Shown in pieces: positions 54,101 to 61,535 of a stretch of 64,000 nt of DNA (the first letter of the stretch is position 1; each line of letters starts with the position of its first letter). The translations under genes and the position numbers were made by a program. The DNA is from Bacteroidaceae bacterium (GTDB lineage: Bacteria > Bacteroidota > Bacteroidia > Bacteroidales > Bacteroidaceae): the NCBI GenBank assembly GCA_017429945.1, contig JAFRNY010000054.1, positions 28,451-92,450 of the forward strand. The letters are read 5' to 3'. The notes under the pieces are model-generated. The model did not search any database. It had not been told where the DNA came from and saw only the letters and a list, made by a program, of their open reading frames with translations.

Positions 54101-54535
54101 TGTGATGCCGAGTCCTTCAAACTCCTTGGCCGAGATGCCCTGTGTGGAGAAGCTGACTTCTCGTTCGGGAATCTCAAGACCCGACGACTTAATCTTCTTA
54201 GTGGCTACGACGGTGACGTCCTTCATCGTCTTGGCGGCATCGACCATCTTCACCTTGAATACGTTCTTGTTGATGGGCAGCGTCTGAGTCTGGAAACCCA
54301 TATAGCTGATCACGAGTTTGTTCTTCGAGCTCTTGATAGGCAGCACGAAGTTACCGTTCATATCCGTCACAGTGGCGTTGACGATACGGTTTGATGCATC
54401 TACCTCACGGACGCTGGCGCCGGGGAGCACATCAAAGTCGTCGCTTACAGTACCACTAATGCGAGAGATCTGAGCCTGAGCCAACGTCGTGGTCAGCAGC
54501 AGGCACAATGTAATGATATACTTTATTGCTTTCAT
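51161..54535 (-). CDS. SusC/RagA-family TonB-dependent outer-membrane transporter
   Basis: ISGTVSDDFDVLPGASV start, TonB-box and plug region (VVATKK.., ALQGRIAGLDI, NGVIEIKTKRG), 1124 aa, C-terminal YTVGVTVGF. Confidence 0.9.
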   Translation of the reverse strand: MKAIKYIITLCLLLTTTLAQAQISRISGTVSDDFDVLPGASVREVDASNRIVNATVTDMNGNFVLPIKSSKNKLVISYMGFQTQTLPINKNVFKVKMVDAAKTMKDVTVVATKKIKSSGLEIPEREVSFSTQGISAKEFEGLGITSVDEALQGRIAGLDIVANSGDLGAGTSMRLRGASTVSTLTSNEPLIVVNGNVWNVDLSDFDTATANEEKFAQLLNVNTEDIEDIQVLKDAAATAIWGSQGANGVIEIKTKRGRRGTPQVTYSLKMTMTHQPEGIKLLNGDQYTMLLKESYFNPQQQTYVGQIQELNYDENYSEFLMFNKNTDWVDLVKQNGLRQNHYVSVSGGDEKTLFRISGGYDHETGTIIEQKLNRFSTRMALDYYVNDRIKIISNFSLTYTKNNRNYDGLLGIAYTKMPNLSPYRWLRDENGNEYNTGEYYIVPQYAFTGYGQLTAEQSANFNDQRDSHNPLASAKYAKNTQTTYDISPELELEYKLLGLDEDHTQLRYNGRVVMNVYNDYTDQSFPRSLLSNNYHDIGRAYSYSRKNLAFTTTHTLTFRPHFNNEDHQLMALGRFQLVSGSSSNQSTDINRLPNRLESVTAGGNVTGMGSGFSEWRSLYWTFSTHYAFKGRYIFDYSMRADATTKFGENSRWGIFPAVSGKWIISDEPWMKTIRDKSKMSLFAVRPGWGYTGNAPTQDYLYLNTYASGVRYLNQVVMNPSGLKLTDFKWEQVYTWNLGIDLNFFEDRFKIVVDLYRRTTKDMLMPTALIPTSNGWSSLRYRNVGDMKNEGWEVQFLGERLLKKGKFYLDAYVNFANNRNVITKMDPLVLKTLNIDWAEGNRSVLQRVQLNNPFGSIYGFRSKGVYQYNYNTARDLARADQANGTNILQENINAGKTYPIAIGASGNYVKDAKGDPVQMRFAYKPETNSGYYFKGGDAIYEDINNDGNINQSDLVYLGNSLPRLNGGFGFTLHYDRWALRANFNYRIDYDILNMARLDMEAMVSNNNQSQAVNYRWRKEGDITSIPRAMFGNSSNYNTLISDRFVEDGSFLRLNYLQINYSFDPKLLKNWHMKTLNFYASANNLFCLTRYSGVDPEIGYGGYGVTTDSSKTPRSKSYTVGVTVGF

Positions 54536-57357
54536 CTTCTTCTGATAGGATTAGTGGTTGATGATGATTCGTCTTCGGTCATCCAGTCGGGGAAGGCTGG
54601 CGGATCGGGGAAGTCGGCAGGCAGGAACTGGAAGTCGCCATAGGAGAGAGCGCGGTCGATGAGATGTACGACAGCGCTCGAGGTGCCGTAGATTGTGCGG
54701 TTGGTCTTTGTGAAGTAGTACTGACGTGTCATGACGTTGCTGTCGTGACCGTCGATCACATTAGCCGTCTGACCTGAAGCATCCGTTACGCGGAACACAC
54801 GGCGGACGTTTGAGACACTAAGGCGACGGAAGCGGTTCAATGTAGTATCGACGGCTGCTGTTTCATAGACAGCAACAGAGTCGGCACCACCGAGGTAGAT
54901 GGAGTTATCCTGGATATGGTAGCGAACGAAGTTGTCGATAACATCCTGGATTCGTGCCTTCATAGCCGTGCCGTAGTCGGTGAGGGCATCGAGCTCGGCA
55001 TCTTGCTCTTGTGTGAGGTCCTTGTGAGCCGTCTGATAGTCGGAGATTGCATCGAGGAAGTCTTCCCATGCCTCGGCGCGCTCGTGTGTTGGCAACTTGC
55101 CGGCTTCTTCGAGCGAACGGATGGCATCGTTGTTCGGAACGTAGATGGTGTAGTTAAAGTTGTTCATCGTGGTGATGGCACGGTCTATAGTAGTATGACC
55201 TTCTACTGTCGTTCCGAGTGTCGAGACGAATGTTGCTGAACCGAGCAGACGGTTGAATGCTGTGTACTCGGGGTGAGCAATGGTATCGGAAATGGCCTTG
55301 TAGGGGCTGGTGAGCGTGGTCTGCGGTATGCTGTCGACAATGTAGGCTATACCGTTACCGGACTCTGTCTGGTCGAAGATCTGGTCCTCGGAAATTTTCG
55401 TGAACGTACCCTGCTCTACCTGGCGCGAGCCTGCAATACCTGTGACGCGGCCACCCTCGAACTGAACGGTGATGGGGCTGCCGGCCTTGTTCAAGTAGAT
55501 GCTCTGACCCTCGTGGAAGGTTTGCGAACCACGCTGTCCGTGCACTACGATAATATTCTCGAGGATGTCACGCAGACGGTTGTTGATGACAGCCATGGTA
55601 GGCTGCTGCTGAGCCATCTCGTCGGTGATGTTGCCAAGCGAGTCGATCTTGAAGGCTTCGGCATAAACGGGCAGCGTGCTCTGCTCGGGACGCAGTGTGA
55701 AGCGAATTGCCGAATGCTCGGTCTCGCCATTTGCGTAGGTATAGGGGTCGATGTACCAGAGGAAGGCTTCGTCCGTGGGGATGAGGAAGCTGTAGGAGCT
55801 GGCCATAGAATTCAGGTAAGAACTGTACTCACCGGAGATGGTCCACGTGGCGTGGTTCTCATAGCGCGTATCGGCAACGGTGGTGTAGATGACGCTGAGG
55901 TCCTGGTCGGAGCGGAGCACGGCAGGGAAGAATACCGACTGGTGCTCAGGAGCTACGAACACTTTGTTTACCTCATAGACTACGCCGTTGCAAGCCATGA
56001 AGCAACTGTCGACATCGCTGGTGGTGATGCCCATGTTCTCGGCTGCCGTGTTCTTGAGCGAACGGAATTTCGAAGGCACTGTGCCACGGAAGCTGCTCTG
56101 CATGCAGTTGTTGATGAACGGACGTACAACGTTGTCGGGCACGTTGCGCCAGTCGTAGCCGTACTTCTGACCGATGGCAGCACCGTCGTTATGAAGGTAG
56201 CTGATCATCCACTCATTGGTAGGCACGAACATAGCAGCACCGTCCTCAGCCATGGTGTAGCGGTTACCGCTGGTGAAGAGCACGTACTGATTCCATCCTG
56301 GGTCAAACGAAAGGCCGTTCACCGATCGGTTGGTCTCTACGACGGCCTTCAGCTCGTGGTTGCCAGCGGTGTTGAAATAGCGCTTCACGAAGAGCGAATC
56401 TTCCTCGCCGTCGAGCATCTGCACCGACAGGAAATATGGATAGCTGTAGCGCTCGAGCAGTTCGCTGAAGATGCTGAACTGGGGCTTGCTAGCAATAATC
56501 TCGGCCATGTTGGGCAGGGGCTCGGGCACATCGGCGAGGATGTGGATGTAACCATTCTGGCAGGTGATGTCCTGCAGATAGTCCTTGCCGTCGTCCTTCG
56601 ACCATTTACCTTCGTTCAAAGCCACAGGCAGACCGTTGATATAGCTGCGTTCGGTGGTCTTCGAGGCACCGTTGGTGAGCATGTCAAGGTCGAGGTCGGT
56701 GATGCTGTTCTGCTGCATGTACTTAGGCAGGAAGTGCACCATCGGCGACGCAGTGTTGTCCTTATATAGTTTAATGCTACCGCGGTCGCGCACCTCGGCC
56801 CAATAGTCTATCTGTTGGCCGTCGCTCTCGTAGCGTGCAGGGTTAACGATGGGGAACTGTGCGTTGGCAACCTCGGGAATGGAGTCAGAGATGTCCATAC
56901 GCGAGGTGCGGCGCAGGCAGGCGCCTTCGGCAGGGGGGTCGCCGGGCGTGTTGCTGAGCAGTTCGATGAGGTAGGCATTGTTGATCATTGCCGACTTCAG
57001 CAGATTTTTCTTCTCAGCCTTAGGCAGCTGTGTCACCGACGTTAAGCCACGCTTCGCCAGGAAGCGGTCCCAAGCGGCATCCTCAGCCACGAACAGTGTC
57101 ATACTACCGGACCGACGAAGCAGGTCGGGGTAGTTTGTCTCAGAGAGGTCTGGATCATTGATGAGCGCCAGAGTGTGCTTGAACGACCCTCGGCTGTCCA
57201 GTTCCTCATAGATGCTGCTTCCCAGCCACGACGGAGTGCCCGTGAGCAGGTCGTCCTGACAAGACGTAGTCAGGGCGCCTCCGCCGGCAAGCGAAAGCAC
57301 AGCAAAAACGGCACTTGCACTACGTACAAGCCGACGTTTAAGAATACTGTTGTTCAT
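54532..57357 (-). CDS. multi-FAS1-domain lipoprotein (941 aa)
   Basis: Lipoprotein signal (LTTSCQDD). At least two FAS1-like segments (SIYEELDSRGSFKHTLALIN..MTLFVAEDAAWDRF; PEYTAFNRLLGS..YTIYVPNNDAI). Its stop overlaps the SusC start (ATGA). Confidence 0.7.
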   Translation of the reverse strand: MNNSILKRRLVRSASAVFAVLSLAGGGALTTSCQDDLLTGTPSWLGSSIYEELDSRGSFKHTLALINDPDLSETNYPDLLRRSGSMTLFVAEDAAWDRFLAKRGLTSVTQLPKAEKKNLLKSAMINNAYLIELLSNTPGDPPAEGACLRRTSRMDISDSIPEVANAQFPIVNPARYESDGQQIDYWAEVRDRGSIKLYKDNTASPMVHFLPKYMQQNSITDLDLDMLTNGASKTTERSYINGLPVALNEGKWSKDDGKDYLQDITCQNGYIHILADVPEPLPNMAEIIASKPQFSIFSELLERYSYPYFLSVQMLDGEEDSLFVKRYFNTAGNHELKAVVETNRSVNGLSFDPGWNQYVLFTSGNRYTMAEDGAAMFVPTNEWMISYLHNDGAAIGQKYGYDWRNVPDNVVRPFINNCMQSSFRGTVPSKFRSLKNTAAENMGITTSDVDSCFMACNGVVYEVNKVFVAPEHQSVFFPAVLRSDQDLSVIYTTVADTRYENHATWTISGEYSSYLNSMASSYSFLIPTDEAFLWYIDPYTYANGETEHSAIRFTLRPEQSTLPVYAEAFKIDSLGNITDEMAQQQPTMAVINNRLRDILENIIVVHGQRGSQTFHEGQSIYLNKAGSPITVQFEGGRVTGIAGSRQVEQGTFTKISEDQIFDQTESGNGIAYIVDSIPQTTLTSPYKAISDTIAHPEYTAFNRLLGSATFVSTLGTTVEGHTTIDRAITTMNNFNYTIYVPNNDAIRSLEEAGKLPTHERAEAWEDFLDAISDYQTAHKDLTQEQDAELDALTDYGTAMKARIQDVIDNFVRYHIQDNSIYLGGADSVAVYETAAVDTTLNRFRRLSVSNVRRVFRVTDASGQTANVIDGHDSNVMTRQYYFTKTNRTIYGTSSAVVHLIDRALSYGDFQFLPADFPDPPAFPDWMTEDESSSTTNPIRRR

Positions 57358-57462
57358 TGTTAGTTATTAATTGATTGATTACTTGATTTCCTTTTGGTTA
57401 CGTATTAAAAACGGCCGTCACCACGGCTCATGGAACTAAAATACCCTATTATTAATCGAGGC

Positions 57463-57470
57463 CAAAGTTA
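57463..57470 (-). promoter_or_regulatory. -7 box TAACTTTG for the FAS1/SusCD locus
   Basis: TAnnTTTG, 106 nt upstream of ATG 57357 and downstream of the panB terminator. Confidence 0.5.
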
Positions 57471-57534
57471 AGATAATTTTCTTAAGACATTAATGTTTAT
57501 TTCATAAAAAAAGTTGATTGCATGCTGAATAACA

Positions 57535-57562
57535 TAAAAAAGAGGCCCCTTTCGAGACCTCT
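57535..57562 (-). terminator. panB intrinsic terminator
   Basis: Minus strand AGAGGTCTCGAAAGGGGCCTCT followed by TTTTTT. Confidence 0.75.
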
Positions 57563-57753
57563 TTCTTTGTTTTTAACATTTAAAAGTGTAATTCTTGCAC
57601 TTAATGACCTTCCAAAGCCTGTCTTGCAAGTTTCTTGAAAAACTTTTGTGAGACGCAAGCAAAAAACATGAGACGTGACAAGAAAATTTCGTAGAGCTGA
57701 CAAGATTTTGTTCTTGACCTATGAACAGATGAAAGGTAGTCAAATAAGCTTAG

Positions 57754-57815
57754 AACCTAACAACCTAATAACCTAACAACCTTATAACCTTATAACCTTA
57801 TAACCTTATAACCAT
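57754..57815. repeat. octamer repeat (AACCTAAC/AACCTTAT) x8 abutting the panB stop codon
   Basis: Read directly. It ends at the base before stop codon 57816-57818. Confidence 0.9.
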
Positions 57816-58637
57816 TCAATACTGCTCATCCTGGTTGGGGAAGTCGCCGCTCTTGACGTCGGTTACATACTGTCCAATGGCATCAATCATGATGTCGTAG
57901 AGGTTGGCATAGCGGCGGAGGAACTTAGGCGAGAAGCCTTTATTCATGCCCAGCATATCGTGCACCACGAGCACCTGGCCGTCGCAACCGCCTCCGGCAC
58001 CGATACTGATCGTGGGAACTTTGATCTTCTGCGACACCTCGGTGGCCAGGTCTGCAGGAATCTTCTCGAGCACCACGGCACAGCAGCCCACTTCGTCGAG
58101 GGCCATAGCATCTGTGCGCAGCTTATTGGCTTCAGCCTCCTCGCGTGCGCGCACAGCGTACGTACCGAATTTATTAATGCTTTGGGGCGTCAGGCCCAGA
58201 TGACCCATCACAGGAATGCCGGCGTCGAGGATGAGCTTCACCGCAGGAAGTATCTCTACCCCACCCTCAAGCTTCAGGGCGTCGCAGCCTGTCTCCTGCA
58301 TGATGCGTACGGCATTGCGCACGGCATCCTGTGGGTCAACCTGATAGGTTCCGAAGGGCATGTCGCAGACTACGAGGGCGCGCTTGACGCCGCGCACGAC
58401 GCTGCGGGCGTGATAAATCATCTGATCGAGAGTGATGGGCAGCGTCGTCACGTTACCGGCCATCATATTCGAGGCGCTGTCGCCCACGAGGATGATATCG
58501 ACGCCTGCGGCGTCTACAATCTGCGCCATCGAGTAGTCGTAGGACGTCAGCATAGCTATTTTCTTGCCTGCCTGCTTCATCTCGAGCAGGCGGTGAGTGG
58601 TCACTTTTCGAGTGTCTTCTACTAAATATCCAGCCAT
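57816..58637 (-). CDS. panB: 3-methyl-2-oxobutanoate hydroxymethyltransferase
   Basis: [23 protein letters not shown] and [10 protein letters not shown] motifs. ATG at 58637 ([11 protein letters not shown]) is preferred over the listed 37-codon upstream extension. Confidence 0.92.
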   Translation of the reverse strand: MAGYLVEDTRKVTTHRLLEMKQAGKKIAMLTSYDYSMAQIVDAAGVDIILVGDSASNMMAGNVTTLPITLDQMIYHARSVVRGVKRALVVCDMPFGTYQVDPQDAVRNAVRIMQETGCDALKLEGGVEILPAVKLILDAGIPVMGHLGLTPQSINKFGTYAVRAREEAEANKLRTDAMALDEVGCCAVVLEKIPADLATEVSQKIKVPTISIGAGGGCDGQVLVVHDMLGMNKGFSPKFLRRYANLYDIMIDAIGQYVTDVKSGDFPNQDEQY

Positions 58638-58753
58638 TTTTATGTGTGTTTTTGAATTTTCGGCCGCAAAGTTATAGCTTTTTAATGATTTAGCCTTATC
58701 TTTGCCGACAAATTTCAATAAAAAGTTCAAAAGAGCGACATACATCACTCAGT

Positions 58754-60208
58754 ATGGCAGAAAAAAGGCCGAGCGACAACACATTGAACCACATCCTTAA
58801 GTACACCGGAGTATTCGGCGGTGTGCAAGGCCTGACCATGCTTATGGGCGTCATCCGCAATAAGCTTACGTCGAAGCTGCTGGGCACCGTAGGCCAGGGT
58901 TTGTTGATGGAGTACACGTCCATCATCGAAGGCGTTCACGCCACCACCAACTGCGGCGTGGGTTTCTCGTCGGTTCGACGCGCATCAGAGCTCTTCGAGA
59001 GCGGTGGCGAGGCAGCTATCAAGTCCTTCGTCCTCACCGTGCGCACGTGGTGCCTGTGGATAGGCCTTGTAGGCGTCGTTCTCTGTGCTACCGCCTCTCC
59101 GCTGCTGAGCCGTATCCTTTTCGAAGGCTCGTCGCGCGAGGCTTTCAACATAGCATGCCTCTCGCCAATGCTCCTGTGCCTGGCCATCACTATGGGCGAA
59201 GTGTCGGTGCTCAAGGGCCTGCGCCGCCTCAAGCGCGTGGCTATCATTACAACACTGTCCGCCGTTGCCACGCTTATACTTACAGTGCCCATATATCTCG
59301 CATTAGGAATCAGCGGCATTATCATTGCCATGAACCTGAGCACGGCGGCCGTGACCATTATCCACCTGTCTTTCACTGTGCCAATCTACCCTTGGCGCGT
59401 AAGCCCGGCATCTGCCGCCGTCTTCCGGGAGGGCTGGTCGATGATCCGCATCGGAGTGCCCTACGTCCTTGCAGCCGTGGCAGGCAGCATCATGAGCATT
59501 ATCGTCATCGCCATATTAAAGTCTGACGGGGGCGACGAGGTCGTAGGGCTCTATCGCGCGGGCTATGTGCTAATGGGCAGCTATGCCGGCCTTGTATTTG
59601 CAGCTTTCGACTCCGACTATTTCCCACGTCTCTCCAGTGTCAATGCCGACATTGTCAGGCGCAACGAACTTATGAACCGCCAGATACTCGTCAGCGTGCT
59701 CCTCATTGCGCCACTGCTCATAGCTATGATAGTAATGATGCCGGTAATCTTGCGAGTGCTCCACACCGAAGCCTTCCTGCCGGCTACGTCGATGGCAGTC
59801 TGTGCCGTGTTCTACCCTTTCTTCCGCGCACTGTCTATGCCCATGAGCTATATGGCATTGGCGAGAGGCGACTCCCACTACTACCTGGGTGCAGAGGTCA
59901 TCTACGATGCCGCCTCAGTACTGCTCATTTGGCTGGCGTTCAATCGTTGGGGCCTCGCCGGGGCGGGCGTAGGTCTGTCGCTCTCGGCGCTGTTCGACGT
60001 GTTGCTTGTGGGCTGTGCCTATGGCTATATCTATAAGATACGTCTTGCTAAGCTGACCCTTGCCATGGCCACCACACAGGCCATCATCGTAGGTGCCTCG
60101 CTCGCCGTCTGCCTACTGACCGACGGCCTCACCAAATACCTCGCTGGAGCGGCCCTCCTAGCCATCTCAGCACTCATCAGCCTGCATGTCCTCAAGAAGA
60201 AGTCCTAA
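58754..60208 (+). CDS. oligosaccharide/polysaccharide flippase (Wzx/MOP-superfamily-like)
   Basis: 484 aa with ~12-14 hydrophobic helices. N-terminal ILKYTGVFGGVQGL..IRNKLTSKLLG is typical of polysaccharide-biosynthesis flippases. Confidence 0.7.
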   Translation: MAEKRPSDNTLNHILKYTGVFGGVQGLTMLMGVIRNKLTSKLLGTVGQGLLMEYTSIIEGVHATTNCGVGFSSVRRASELFESGGEAAIKSFVLTVRTWCLWIGLVGVVLCATASPLLSRILFEGSSREAFNIACLSPMLLCLAITMGEVSVLKGLRRLKRVAIITTLSAVATLILTVPIYLALGISGIIIAMNLSTAAVTIIHLSFTVPIYPWRVSPASAAVFREGWSMIRIGVPYVLAAVAGSIMSIIVIAILKSDGGDEVVGLYRAGYVLMGSYAGLVFAAFDSDYFPRLSSVNADIVRRNELMNRQILVSVLLIAPLLIAMIVMMPVILRVLHTEAFLPATSMAVCAVFYPFFRALSMPMSYMALARGDSHYYLGAEVIYDAASVLLIWLAFNRWGLAGAGVGLSLSALFDVLLVGCAYGYIYKIRLAKLTLAMATTQAIIVGASLAVCLLTDGLTKYLAGAALLAISALISLHVLKKKS

Positions 60209-60420
60209 ACAGCGCATCAGCGCCCTCAACGCTAAACGATAAACCCTCAACTCTAAACGACAAACCCTCCGCTCGAGCTCCGCTCGCTTCGCTTGCGAAG
60301 AACGATAAACCCTAAACCCTCAACGATAAACCCTAAACGCTCAACCCTCAACCCTCCGCTCGAGCTCCGCTCGCTTCGCTTGCGAAGAACGATAAACCCT
60401 CAACGATAAACGAAACACAC
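60209..60420 (+). repeat. intergenic block of inverted-orientation cassette words with an 87-nt internal duplication
   Basis: CCCTCCGCTCGAGCTCCGCTCGCTTCGCTTGCGAAGAACGATAAACCCT occurs at 60265 and 60352. AACCCTCAACGATAAAC words are the reverse complement of the GTTTATCGTTGAGGGTT words in the cassette. Confidence 0.85.
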
Positions 60421-61485
60421 ATGTCCCAGATAGCCGTCCTTGTTGCCGCATACAACGCTGAGCGTTGGCTGAGCCAATGCCTCGATTCGCTCCTCGGGCA
60501 GACCCTGCACGAGGTGGAAATTCTGTGCATCGACGACTGCTCCACCGACGGCACAGCAGCTATCATCGACGACTATGCCCGGCGCGACAGCCGCGTCAAA
60601 GCCCTGCGCACTGAGCACAACAGCGGACAGGCCGTAGCGCGCAACCTGGCTCTCGCGAGCGTCACGGCGCCCTACGTATGCATGGTCGATGCCGACGACT
60701 GGCTCTCGCCCGATGCCCTCGCCTCTGCCGTCGACGTCTTCAGCCGCTACCCCACCACCGACTGCGTAGTCTTCCGCCTCATAAAAGCCTATGCTGACGA
60801 CGTCAGCGCAGACTCTCGCGAAGCTCAACATCCTGAAAGCAGCGAAACCGTACGCACTGAAGACTACGGACTGCCCGAACCGCTTGCTCACGATGGCGTC
60901 CTCAGTGGCCTCGAAGCCGCACGCCTCAGCCTCGATGGCTTTCGACTCCATGGCCTCTACGTCACCCGTACCGAGCTCCATCGCCGCTACCCCTTCGACA
61001 CCACCACGCGCCTCTACTCCGACGACAACGCCACACATCTCCACTACCTCCATTCGCGTGAGGTGCGAGCCTGCAGCGGACGCTACTTCTACCGCCAGCA
61101 CCCATCGCTGACACAGGCTTTCAACCCTCTCCATTTCGCAATGCTCGAAGCCAACCTCTCGCTGCGCCGCACGCTGCTCCGCGAGGGCGTACCAAACGAT
61201 ATCCTGCGCACCTACGAGAGCCACCGTTGGCTCAATTTCGTCATCCTCTACCGCACGCTGCTCAAGCATCGCGACGAGCTCCCCGCAGACCTCCTCGACG
61301 ACCTCACACGTCGCTTCACCACCACCCTCGCCACCTTCAGCCACTCCACCCTACCCCTCCGCGCCTGCTGGAAGCCTGGCTACTGGCTCTTCCCCCACCT
61401 CTCCACCTTCGACCTCCAACAGCGCGCCTATCTCCAATATAAGCTCCGCCACGACCCCGCATACATTGATGCGTGCCTGGCATAA
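60421..61485 (+). CDS. family 2 glycosyltransferase
   Basis: IAVLVAAYNAERWLSQCLDSLLGQT..ILCIDDCSTDGT..VDADDW motifs (GT-A fold). Confidence 0.85.
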   Translation: MSQIAVLVAAYNAERWLSQCLDSLLGQTLHEVEILCIDDCSTDGTAAIIDDYARRDSRVKALRTEHNSGQAVARNLALASVTAPYVCMVDADDWLSPDALASAVDVFSRYPTTDCVVFRLIKAYADDVSADSREAQHPESSETVRTEDYGLPEPLAHDGVLSGLEAARLSLDGFRLHGLYVTRTELHRRYPFDTTTRLYSDDNATHLHYLHSREVRACSGRYFYRQHPSLTQAFNPLHFAMLEANLSLRRTLLREGVPNDILRTYESHRWLNFVILYRTLLKHRDELPADLLDDLTRRFTTTLATFSHSTLPLRACWKPGYWLFPHLSTFDLQQRAYLQYKLRHDPAYIDACLA

Positions 61486-61535
61486 AGCGCCGCCCCCTCT
61501 CGTTGTATATCTGAAAACATATTAAGTGAAATATA

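Noticed and set aside
55273-56769. 498-aa plus-strand ORF, plus others at 30499-31626(+), 43146-44006(+), 45935-46687(+), 47377-48228(+), 60400-61344(-), 61428-62258(-) and 62937-63752(-)
   Set aside because: They are antisense shadow ORFs inside the FAS1, GT2, SusC and lipoprotein genes. Their composition is Val/Ala/Gly/Asp/His-biased with no signal peptides or motifs.
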